DNA of 64,000 nucleotides from the sequence record MN882349.1, one strand, 5' to 3'. Origin of the DNA: Escherichia phage Ec_Makalu_003. Below, one piece after another: positions 53,158 to 59,591 of the stretch; position 1 is the stretch's first letter; each line of letters opens with the position of its first letter. The position numbers and the translations under genes are program-made. The notes under the pieces are model-generated. The model did no database searches, was not told where the DNA came from, and saw nothing but the letters and a program-made list of their open reading frames with translations.

Positions 53158-53870
53158 AGATCCTTATTGGCTTCAAATACTGCCTTTGCGAATCCTCGCG
53201 GGGTAAGTGACCTGATAGTCTTTGTTCTGGTTCCTTTCCCGCCTAGCTTAGAATGCTGTTTACTGTACCCTTTATTAATCTGCAACGGTTTCTTTTCTGG
53301 CATTATAAAGCCTTGTCCGGTCCATAAGCAAGTCTTTTTCGGGTACATATCACGGGCGGCAATATACTCAGGAAACGTAGGATGCTTATCATCTTCCGGC
53401 AAATAACCGCCATATTCCCACGGATGGAACATGTAATCAGGCTTACGCCACATGCTAGAGATAACGCTTACAGGATTCTCTATCATGTAGGGAACTCCTA
53501 GCCATTCACCCAAATAAGCGGTTATTTTAGCTGCCCTTACATCATGAACTTGAATTAATGGTCCTTGTTCTCGTTTCTTTCGTTCAAAGTGCGCAGCGCC
53601 ACTAACAGCTAAATTGGTGCATGGTGGGAATGCAAAGATAATATCCGGTTTCCCCCATTCAAGGTCCATTGCTCTTTCCAGCCAATTTAAATCAATCCAT
53701 GTGTTTACATATGTAATGTTTGGATGTTCAAATCTGGTATTATATTTTTTGTATGTACCGTGGTCGCCATCGTCAGCATTAAAGCAGATCACCTTATGAC
53801 CTGCTTTAGCCCATTCTAACCCCATTATCCCCGATCCGTCAAAGTTGCAGAATATTAATTTTTGTTTCAT
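53154..53870 (-). CDS. C5-cytosine DNA methyltransferase-like protein (compact)
   Basis: 238 aa; motif I-like LIFCNFDGSGIMGLEWAKAGHKVICFNADD, motif IV-like IIFAFPPCTNLAVSG (Pro-Cys), motif VI-like MIENP; region after motif VI too short for a typical target-recognition domain. Confidence 0.55.
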   Translation of the reverse strand: MKQKLIFCNFDGSGIMGLEWAKAGHKVICFNADDGDHGTYKKYNTRFEHPNITYVNTWIDLNWLERAMDLEWGKPDIIFAFPPCTNLAVSGAAHFERKKREQGPLIQVHDVRAAKITAYLGEWLGVPYMIENPVSVISSMWRKPDYMFHPWEYGGYLPEDDKHPTFPEYIAARDMYPKKTCLWTGQGFIMPEKKPLQINKGYSKQHSKLGGKGTRTKTIRSLTPRGFAKAVFEANKDL

Positions 53871-54112
53871 ATACGCCCCTTTAACCCAACACAGATTTTA
53901 GAAGGTTCTTTGCCGTGCCACATTAAGTAAATTCCGTTAATGCGTCCTTGTTTTGTATATGATTCTTTTCTGATCTTCTTATAGTGTCGTGCTTCCTCAG
54001 CCGATTGTTTAGAATGTCGATCATAAAGGAAGAGGAACAAAGGCCAACCATTAGCGGCCTTAATGCAGTTATTCAAAAATTCCTTATTTCGTTTAATTAA
54101 TTTTCTTTTCAC
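53867..54112 (-). CDS. hypothetical basic protein
   Basis: 81 aa; GTG start overlapping the upstream stop; Lys/Arg-rich. Confidence 0.45.
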   Translation of the reverse strand: MKRKLIKRNKEFLNNCIKAANGWPLFLFLYDRHSKQSAEEARHYKKIRKESYTKQGRINGIYLMWHGKEPSKICVGLKGRI

Positions 54113-54360
54113 GCTGCCCCCATTGGTTTGATAGTAACAGAATCTAAAAGACCTTTGTTAGCCAGTTCGCGGCAAGTTTTCAGATCCGCAACTTCCCAGC
54201 CAGCCGCAATAAGGTTATCAATGAGGCTGTTAGCAACTTCTTCGCTCATGAAAGAGCACTGTTTGCCGATGGTGTAGCGTACACGCTGTAATTTCAGTTT
54301 ACGGAAGCCTTTAACGTTCAGGTCTTTAGCGATTTTCTTTGCGGTTTCGATGTTAGCCAT
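54109..54360 (-). CDS. hypothetical protein
   Basis: 83 aa; starts MANIE; first gene after cassette C3. Confidence 0.55.
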   Translation of the reverse strand: MANIETAKKIAKDLNVKGFRKLKLQRVRYTIGKQCSFMSEEVANSLIDNLIAAGWEVADLKTCRELANKGLLDSVTIKPMGAA

Positions 54361-54400
54361 TGTTTGATTCTCCTAAGTGGTATCTCGTCTTGATGGTTGT

Positions 54401-54429
54401 ATTGTAGGGGAGTTATCCTCCCCTGTCAA
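54401..54429 (-). promoter_or_regulatory. repeated early promoter cassette C3 (TTGACA-17-TACAAT)
   Basis: Spacer is the palindrome GGGGAGGATAACTCCCC; SD AGGAG downstream. Confidence 0.6.
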
Positions 54430-54443
54430 CACTTTTTATAAAA

Positions 54444-54611
54444 TTATTTGTTAATTTCTGGTGCGTTGCTAGGATAGTAACCTTCTTTAACTCCGAGGTA
54501 TTTTGCAACCATCCCTACAATCTTCTGTGCTACTACAATGTCAAATTTCAGATAATCTTCGCCGTGGGTTTCAATGATATATGCTTCACATGCTGCTTTA
54601 GTCTCGAACAT
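54444..54611 (-). CDS. hypothetical small protein (55 aa), paralog of 57726-57893
   Basis: MFETKAACEAYIIETHGEDYLKFDIVVAQKIVGMVAKYLGVKEGYYPSNAPEINK; near-identical to the ORF at 57726-57893. Confidence 0.55.
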   Translation of the reverse strand: MFETKAACEAYIIETHGEDYLKFDIVVAQKIVGMVAKYLGVKEGYYPSNAPEINK

Positions 54612-54644
54612 TTTGATTCTCCTATTTCGTTTCGGTATGTGTGT

Positions 54645-54673
54645 ATTATAGGGGATCTCCCGATCCCCGTCAA
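54645..54673 (-). promoter_or_regulatory. repeated early promoter cassette C4 (TTGACG-17-TATAAT)
   Basis: Palindromic spacer GGGATCGGGAGATCCCC; SD AGGAG downstream. Confidence 0.6.
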
Positions 54674-54687
54674 CAACTTTTTTAAAA

Positions 54688-54969
54688 TTATTCGTGATTA
54701 GTTTCGATATTGTGCATTTTGCACCAGTTCAGCCAATCGCCAAGATCTTGATAGTTGATGCTTTTATCTGCTGCCATCGTTTTTGTCTTGATACCCATAT
54801 GTGCGTTATGAGTAAGCATTTTTACAGTGAACTCAATTTTATCGCCTTTAGCTTTAACATCAACCAGTTTGGTCCACTGGCTACCAGCACCGCGAATGTT
54901 CATACCAACGATGTTTCCGATGTATGCTTCTTTGTTGTTCAGGATTTCGGTTGCTTTGATGAATTTCAT
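54688..54969 (-). CDS. hypothetical protein
   Basis: 93 aa; preceded by cassette C5. Confidence 0.55.
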   Translation of the reverse strand: MKFIKATEILNNKEAYIGNIVGMNIRGAGSQWTKLVDVKAKGDKIEFTVKMLTHNAHMGIKTKTMAADKSINYQDLGDWLNWCKMHNIETNHE

Positions 54970-55002
54970 TTTTGATTCTCCAGTTCGTTTCGGTATGGGT
55001 GT

Positions 55003-55031
55003 ATTATGCTATGTTCTTACTTTGGTGTCAA
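55003..55031 (-). promoter_or_regulatory. repeated early promoter cassette C5 (TTGACA-17-CATAAT)
   Basis: Same -35/-10/leader/SD architecture as C1; no palindrome in the spacer. Confidence 0.55.
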
Positions 55032-55039
55032 CAACTTTT

Positions 55040-55309
55040 TTAGATATTTTCAGAAATAAATTTTAAAACTTGACGTAAATGTTTCTCATCTTTGATAGTC
55101 GCCGGAAGTTCTTCTTTTACTTCCTGTGCAAGATAGATATTTCCGTTCCAAGTGAAAGACCCGTCTTCGTTTACGCGATAGCTGAACATCCATTCGCAAT
55201 CATTTTCGATTTCATATACACACAGAAGGGTGTAATCTTCAAAGCTATTGATTTCAAGGTCGAAGCCGTGGCGTTTTGCAAAGTTGGTAGTGGTTTTAGT
55301 CAGTGCCAT
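55040..55309 (-). CDS. hypothetical protein
   Basis: 89 aa; preceded by cassette C6. Confidence 0.55.
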   Translation of the reverse strand: MALTKTTTNFAKRHGFDLEINSFEDYTLLCVYEIENDCEWMFSYRVNEDGSFTWNGNIYLAQEVKEELPATIKDEKHLRQVLKFISENI

Positions 55310-55348
55310 TGTTTGATTCTCCTAAGTGGTATCTCGTTTCGATGGGTG

Positions 55349-55377
55349 TATTATGCTATAGGCGTGATCAGGTGTCA
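55349..55377 (-). promoter_or_regulatory. repeated early promoter cassette C6 (TTGACA-17-CATAAT)
   Basis: Same architecture; immediately downstream of the terminator at 55403-55428. Confidence 0.55.
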
Positions 55378-55402
55378 ATGCCTTTTTTAAAATTTTATGC
55401 AA

Positions 55403-55428
55403 TAAAAAAGCCGACACTAAGGTCGGCT
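55403..55428 (-). terminator. rho-independent terminator (minus strand)
   Basis: Hairpin AGCCGACCTTAGTGTCGGCT followed by TTTTTT on the minus strand. Confidence 0.65.
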
Positions 55429-55435
55429 AATAAAA

Positions 55436-55744
55436 TCATTTAGACAAATAATCATTCAGTGCAATCCGGTCGGCATGTTCCGGCGTTACATCAATCGCAA
55501 TCACTTTAACGCGTGCTTTCTTGCGACCTGGGTTTTCTCGTAACCAGTGCTCATGACCGTGAACATTTTTATACTGCGATGCTTCTTCGAAGGTACGGAT
55601 CGGACCAGGGTAATCAGCGTAAAGGATCTCTAGGTCATCGGTGATGTAAAAATATACGTTGTAATTACTGTTCTCTAGCTTAAGCAGAGACTTTCGGAAC
55701 ATTGGGAGATTTTCGCGGGTAAATTCAAAAGTAATATCTTTCAT
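55436..55744 (-). CDS. HxHW-motif small protein family member
   Basis: 102 aa from ATG 55744 (SD GAGGAT); YFYITDDLEILYADY ... HGHEHWL ... VKVIAIDV. Confidence 0.55.
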   Translation of the reverse strand: MKDITFEFTRENLPMFRKSLLKLENSNYNVYFYITDDLEILYADYPGPIRTFEEASQYKNVHGHEHWLRENPGRKKARVKVIAIDVTPEHADRIALNDYLSK

Positions 55745-55766
55745 AGTATTATCCTCAATAGTTGGA

Positions 55767-55788
55767 TGAAAAGGGGGCTTAACGCCCC
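55767..55788 (-). terminator. terminator-like hairpin (minus strand)
   Basis: Hairpin GGGGCGTTAAGCCCCC followed by TTTTC on the minus strand. Confidence 0.5.
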
Positions 55789-55793
55789 ATATA

Positions 55794-56081
55794 TTAAAAC
55801 AGTCCTTCCTGTACACCGTAGTAGAGTTCGTCGCTGATAATTTCATTAATGCGACGGTGTGCATATTCCTGATTTGCGAAGTTGTCAGCAAGTTCTACTT
55901 TAGTTTCACCGTCATGAGTCCATTTAGTGATAACTTTACCATCTGCAAATTTGAAGTTGAACTCTTTAGCTACTGCATCGCGTACCAGACGTGCGAACTT
56001 GTTGTTACGGATTGCATTATCGGTTTCGTGTGCAGCGTGAGCAAATTTGTTAACTTTCAGAGTGATAGTGATGTATGCCAT
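55794..56081 (-). CDS. hypothetical protein
   Basis: 95 aa; preceded by cassette C7. Confidence 0.55.
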   Translation of the reverse strand: MAYITITLKVNKFAHAAHETDNAIRNNKFARLVRDAVAKEFNFKFADGKVITKWTHDGETKVELADNFANQEYAHRRINEIISDELYYGVQEGLF

Positions 56082-56127
56082 AATTTGATTCTCCTAGTTA
56101 GAAAGTGTATCTCGTTTCGATGGGTGT

Positions 56128-56156
56128 ATTATGCTATACACCCGATCTTATGTCAA
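56128..56156 (-). promoter_or_regulatory. repeated early promoter cassette C7 (TTGACA-17-CATAAT)
   Basis: Inverted repeat GGGTGTAT/ATACACCC spans the -10, as in C1. Confidence 0.6.
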
Positions 56157-56163
56157 CACTTTT

Positions 56164-56442
56164 TTATAAAATAATTTTTTGATATTTTTCTATGATGTTT
56201 GTGTAATCCACATCAACCGCTATCACCGTTGCTTCGAATCCACCGTTTAGCCAATGGCTATGGTCATGATCGTGAAAGAAACCAAGACCAGTACGAAGAC
56301 CTTCTTTATATTCGGCGCGTACATTTAGATCATCATCGATAAACAGATAAAACCATGAATTTTTACTAGGATTGATGATACAACCTTTCAGATTAGGGAG
56401 AATATCACGACTAAGAATAAACTTATCACCTACTTTGAACAT
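56164..56442 (-). CDS. HxHW-motif small protein family member
   Basis: 92 aa from ATG 56442 (SD GAGGA); WFYLFIDDDLNVRAEY ... HDHDHSHWL ... VIAVDV. Confidence 0.55.
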   Translation of the reverse strand: MFKVGDKFILSRDILPNLKGCIINPSKNSWFYLFIDDDLNVRAEYKEGLRTGLGFFHDHDHSHWLNGGFEATVIAVDVDYTNIIEKYQKIIL

Positions 56443-56446
56443 AATA

Positions 56447-56767
56447 TTAGTCCTCACTTATAAGGTCAAACCAATTGTTTTTCGCATAATGCTTAATGCG
56501 TGCTTGATCTGCTTCCGCTGGTGATAGATTCCATGCAACCACTACAACTTCTGACGCGTCGTCATCCGTTTCTGATACCCAATGATTGTGATTCATACAG
56601 TTATTTGCGATCGAGTGAGCAAATGATTTCATCACTGGAGACGTATAATCATAGTAACGGATTTTCAGATTTTCATCAACATACAAGTAGATCGTATAAG
56701 GTTTATATTCAGTAACCAGTAACAGACAGTTACGCAATTCTGGGAAAATCTTTTTAGTTAATTTCAT
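56447..56767 (-). CDS. HxHW-motif small protein family member
   Basis: 106 aa from ATG 56767; YTIYLYVDENLKIRYYDY ... HNHW ... VVVVAW. Confidence 0.5.
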   Translation of the reverse strand: MKLTKKIFPELRNCLLLVTEYKPYTIYLYVDENLKIRYYDYTSPVMKSFAHSIANNCMNHNHWVSETDDDASEVVVVAWNLSPAEADQARIKHYAKNNWFDLISED

Positions 56768-56768
56768 T

Positions 56769-56987
56769 TTATAATCCTCGGTCGCGGCTATAGTACACGG
56801 TACGCCATACAATTTCATGTTTCGTGTCGCTCCAGCACACGATCTCATTTACTCTTAAATCTTTGTTATCAACAAAAGATGAACATTGTGACGCTTCTTT
56901 CATCATTTTATCTGCTGTTTTCTCATCAAATACAGCACAGATTTCTTTATACACTCGATAATCTTTGAATTGACTCTGGATACCCAT
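56769..56987 (-). CDS. hypothetical protein, tandem paralog of 56947-57204
   Basis: About 72 aa; SQFKDYRVYKEICAVFDEKTADKMMKEASQCSSF parallels the upstream ORF; start uncertain (56987 or 56999). Confidence 0.45.
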   Translation of the reverse strand: MGIQSQFKDYRVYKEICAVFDEKTADKMMKEASQCSSFVDNKDLRVNEIVCWSDTKHEIVWRTVYYSRDRGL

Positions 56988-57204
56988 AATTAACACCATT
57001 CCAACCAATTGTTTTTGAGAAAACGTTTATCCACTGTTGAGTGTAGCATGTTTCTTTCCATGATACAATACGAGTAGAATAATGGTTTTTGTTTCCAGAA
57101 AAGGACGGGCATTTTGATGCATCTTCCATCATCTTTTCGGCGAACTCCGCGTCATATACCCGCAGGATCTGTTGATATGCTTTATAATCTTTAAATTTGC
57201 TCAT
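56947..57204 (-). CDS. hypothetical protein, tandem paralog of 56769-56987
   Basis: 85 aa; MSKFKDYKAYQQILRVYDAEFAEKMMEDASKCPSF. Confidence 0.5.
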   Translation of the reverse strand: MSKFKDYKAYQQILRVYDAEFAEKMMEDASKCPSFSGNKNHYSTRIVSWKETCYTQQWINVFSKTIGWNGVNYGYPESIQRLSSV

Positions 57205-57469
57205 AATTGTTAACTACCTTATCAGCTTCTTTTATTGTTTTTACATCAACTGCGATAATCCGTAAAGGTTCGTCGAAGGTCCACCAGTGGTCATGAATAT
57301 CAGCTTGTGATTTATCACCAAAGGAATCACGAATATCATTTTTACATTTATAGCTAATATGGCCTTCATAGTCAACATAAAGGTAATTATCGAAAATCGG
57401 AGTTTTTAAGATCATACCGAAAAATCTTTCTTTGTGTGTCTTATCAAGTGTTGCAGTAATTCGCATCAT
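57191..57469 (-). CDS. HxHW-motif small protein family member
   Basis: 92 aa; SD GAGGA; NYLYVDYEGHISY ... HDHWW ... RIIAVDV. Confidence 0.55.
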   Translation of the reverse strand: MMRITATLDKTHKERFFGMILKTPIFDNYLYVDYEGHISYKCKNDIRDSFGDKSQADIHDHWWTFDEPLRIIAVDVKTIKEADKVVNNYEQI

Positions 57470-57481
57470 AATATATTCCTC

Positions 57482-57661
57482 TTAGAAAGGGATGGTCATT
57501 TCTTGAGCTTGTACATTCTCGTTAGGATTAAACTTCATCCAACCGATATTGTCTACCAGCATATGTACATTTTTATCATATCCTACGTGAGTAGTCAACA
57601 CTAAATGTGCTTTACCTTCAACGATGATTTCCATGTACTTCTGAACTTCGATAGCTTTCAT
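57482..57661 (-). CDS. hypothetical small protein (59 aa)
   Basis: Minus-strand ORF directly downstream of cassette C8; below track cut-off. Confidence 0.45.
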   Translation of the reverse strand: MKAIEVQKYMEIIVEGKAHLVLTTHVGYDKNVHMLVDNIGWMKFNPNENVQAQEMTIPF

Positions 57662-57693
57662 TTTGATTCTCCGTTTGTTGTCTTGATGGGAGT

Positions 57694-57722
57694 ATCTTAC
57701 TACTCCCTTTAATCATTGTCAA
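57694..57722 (-). promoter_or_regulatory. repeated early promoter cassette C8 (TTGACA-17-TAAGAT, weak -10)
   Basis: Inverted repeat GGGAGTA/TACTCCC overlaps the -10 region. Confidence 0.45.
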
Positions 57723-57725
57723 CTA

Positions 57726-57893
57726 TTATTTGTTAATTTCTGGTGCGTTGCTCGGATAGTAACCTTCTTTAACACCCAGATATTTTGCAACCATTCCGGT
57801 GATCTTCTGTGCTACTACGATATCGAATTTCAGGTAGTCTTCACCGTGGTTTGCTACAATGTATGCTTCGCATTCTGCTTTAGTCTGGAACAT
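57726..57893 (-). CDS. hypothetical small protein (55 aa), paralog of 54444-54611
   Basis: MFQTKAECEAYIVANHGEDYLKFDIVVAQKITGMVAKYLGVKEGYYPSNAPEINK; the track start at 57929 extends into the promoter cassette. Confidence 0.55.
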   Translation of the reverse strand: MFQTKAECEAYIVANHGEDYLKFDIVVAQKITGMVAKYLGVKEGYYPSNAPEINK

Positions 57894-57927
57894 TTTTGAT
57901 TCTCCTATATCTCGTTGGTATGTGTGC

Positions 57928-57956
57928 ATTATAGGGGATCACCGATCCCCTGTCAA
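57928..57956 (-). promoter_or_regulatory. repeated early promoter cassette C9 (TTGACA-17-TATAAT)
   Basis: Palindromic spacer GGGGATCGGTGATCCCC. Confidence 0.6.
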
Positions 57957-57961
57957 CAACT

Positions 57962-58255
57962 TTATAATGCTTTATACGCGTATTTCATAAATTTGTCTGC
58001 CACTTCATTGGCATGTTCAGATTCTACGCCTGATTCGAGAACAATAGCTAGGTCGGTTTCGTCATTCCCGCCGTACCAATGATTTGATGTTCGATTTTTT
58101 TCAATTGGAAATTGGTCACTTTTATCTGTGCGACAAAATACATCTAAATGCTCGTCGATGTAAAAGATCCAATCTTCATAAAGAATAACGGTATTAGCAA
58201 GATTTTTATTGCCTTCAACGAAAGGTTCCGCGACAAATAGCTTAGTTTGTTCCAT
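57962..58255 (-). CDS. HxHW-motif small protein family member (divergent)
   Basis: 97 aa from ATG 58255 (SD GAGGAA); ILYEDWIFYIDEHLDVF ... SNHWYGG ... LAIVLESG. Confidence 0.5.
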   Translation of the reverse strand: MEQTKLFVAEPFVEGNKNLANTVILYEDWIFYIDEHLDVFCRTDKSDQFPIEKNRTSNHWYGGNDETDLAIVLESGVESEHANEVADKFMKYAYKAL

Positions 58256-58271
58256 AGTAATTTCCTCAAAA

Positions 58272-58463
58272 TTATACAGTTTCGTAAACTTCCCAATGTT
58301 CAGCGCCAACACGCTTAACGAAAAGGTTTTCTTTGATGTTATTCATAAACGTCTGGATGGATTTAATGCGGTTTGAAGGTTTCCATTCTTCGTTGGCATT
58401 GCGTCGATACATCATAACATTACCAGTTCGCTTATATTCAGCAACCATTTTAAGACCACACAT
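58272..58463 (-). CDS. hypothetical protein
   Basis: 63 aa; SD GAGGA. Confidence 0.5.
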   Translation of the reverse strand: MCGLKMVAEYKRTGNVMMYRRNANEEWKPSNRIKSIQTFMNNIKENLFVKRVGAEHWEVYETV

Positions 58464-58520
58464 AATATTATCCTCAATTTGTGGGAGAGTATTACCCCTC
58501 CCAATGATTGTTATGTTATA

Positions 58521-58841
58521 TCACACAAAATGGCGTGTCAATGCTTCTTTTGCGGTTCCGCTAAGACTTTCAATCTCGCCTGGCATAACATCAACCGCCA
58601 GAACTTCTACAACATCTTCGGACCCTAACCAGTGAGTATGGCCTTTGTAGAACTTGATAACCAGACCACCTTCCTCGTCCCATTTAACGCTATCGCTAGC
58701 CCACCACACATCACCGTCGATAAAGTTGATGTAAAGCACACTACGCCACATTGAATTAATTACTTTCAATACTGCGCCTTTCATCTCTTCCACGGTATGG
58801 TCTTCCATTTTGAAGACCTCACCTACCTGAACTTTTGCCAT
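58521..58841 (-). CDS. HxHW-motif small protein family member
   Basis: 106 aa; VLYINFIDGDVWWASD ... HTHWL ... VLAVDV. Confidence 0.55.
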   Translation of the reverse strand: MAKVQVGEVFKMEDHTVEEMKGAVLKVINSMWRSVLYINFIDGDVWWASDSVKWDEEGGLVIKFYKGHTHWLGSEDVVEVLAVDVMPGEIESLSGTAKEALTRHFV

Positions 58842-58858
58842 TTAGTCACCTCTCTTTA

Positions 58859-59038
58859 TTACATAACAATCACGCCAGCCGTTGAAAGTTGATGTTTCAA
58901 CTGAGCATTTTCTGCTACTGTCAAATCAATGATTTCTTGTGACGCTGCAATCATATAACCATTGGTGATATTGTTTTGCATCAGTTCAATGGTTTCTTCG
59001 TTGTAGCGGATTTTAGCGATGATTTCGTTGAAGTTCAT
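58859..59038 (-). CDS. hypothetical small protein (59 aa)
   Basis: MNFNEIIAKIRYNEETIELMQNN...; preceded by cassette C10; the track start at 59104 extends into the promoter. Confidence 0.5.
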   Translation of the reverse strand: MNFNEIIAKIRYNEETIELMQNNITNGYMIAASQEIIDLTVAENAQLKHQLSTAGVIVM

Positions 59039-59072
59039 AATTGATTCTCCTAGTTCGTTTCGGTATGTGTGC

Positions 59073-59101
59073 AGTATAGGGGATCGCCGATCCCCTGTCA
59101 A
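59073..59101 (-). promoter_or_regulatory. repeated early promoter cassette C10 (TTGACA-17-TATACT)
   Basis: Spacer GGGGATCGGCGATCCCC identical to C2; begins right after the HNH gene stop. Confidence 0.6.
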
Positions 59102-59114
59102 CAACTTTTTTGAA

Positions 59115-59591
59115 TTATTTTTCTTGATGCTCGCGCTCGTACTTTTCGAAATAAAATTCTACTGGCTGATCGTGGATTGAAAGCAAGCCAAAGCGTTTAG
59201 CCGCACGTAATCCCATGTTACGTTGAATGTACTTCTGGAAGTTCTCGCGTATACACTTACGCCAGTATTCTAAGCCCATACAGCTTTTGTAAAGATTGCA
59301 TTGCACACAAGCCGGATTCATGTTGTCAAGTATATCGTGCTCCGGTTTATGCATTCCTACAACCTTATACTTCCACGATCCATCATCATTACGGGCAATT
59401 CGTCCATTTTCATCATAGACTACTTTTGAGCGTCGCAATACTGGTTTGATGTGGTCTGCGTGCCAGCGATCCCCTAGTTCCTCGCCACAATAGGCACAAC
59501 GCCCACCGTATTTCATTTTCAGGATCTGGCGTTGCTCTTTCTTTGACAATTTTTTAGGTTTAGGGGCTTTCGCCCCTTCATTATCACACAT
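59115..59591 (-). CDS. HNH endonuclease
   Basis: 158 aa; CAYCGEEL ... WHADHIKPV ... NMNPACVQCN; start overlaps the 3' end of DNA ligase gene 30. Confidence 0.75.
   Translation of the reverse strand: MCDNEGAKAPKPKKLSKKEQRQILKMKYGGRCAYCGEELGDRWHADHIKPVLRRSKVVYDENGRIARNDDGSWKYKVVGMHKPEHDILDNMNPACVQCNLYKSCMGLEYWRKCIRENFQKYIQRNMGLRAAKRFGLLSIHDQPVEFYFEKYEREHQEK

Noticed and set aside
58512-58540. Eleventh promoter cassette (TTGACA-17-TAACAT) upstream of 58272-58463
   Set aside because: The -10 is poor and the -35 lies inside the 3' end of the upstream ORF; not listed as a feature, though a weak internal promoter is possible.
55745-59104. 5' extensions of track ORFs in the hyperplastic region (55436-55891, 56447-56848, 57726-57929, 57962-58312, 58859-59104)
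   Set aside because: The extensions run through terminators or promoter cassettes; downstream in-frame ATGs with AGGAG-type SDs were used instead. Start choice remains uncertain for 56769-56987.
52000-59110. Possible CRISPR array, because a repeated about 75-bp element recurs through the region
   Set aside because: Repeats are irregularly spaced (170-1600 bp), variable, each contains -35/-10 hexamers plus SD and is followed by an ATG-initiated ORF; no short uniform spacers. Interpreted as promoter cassettes.
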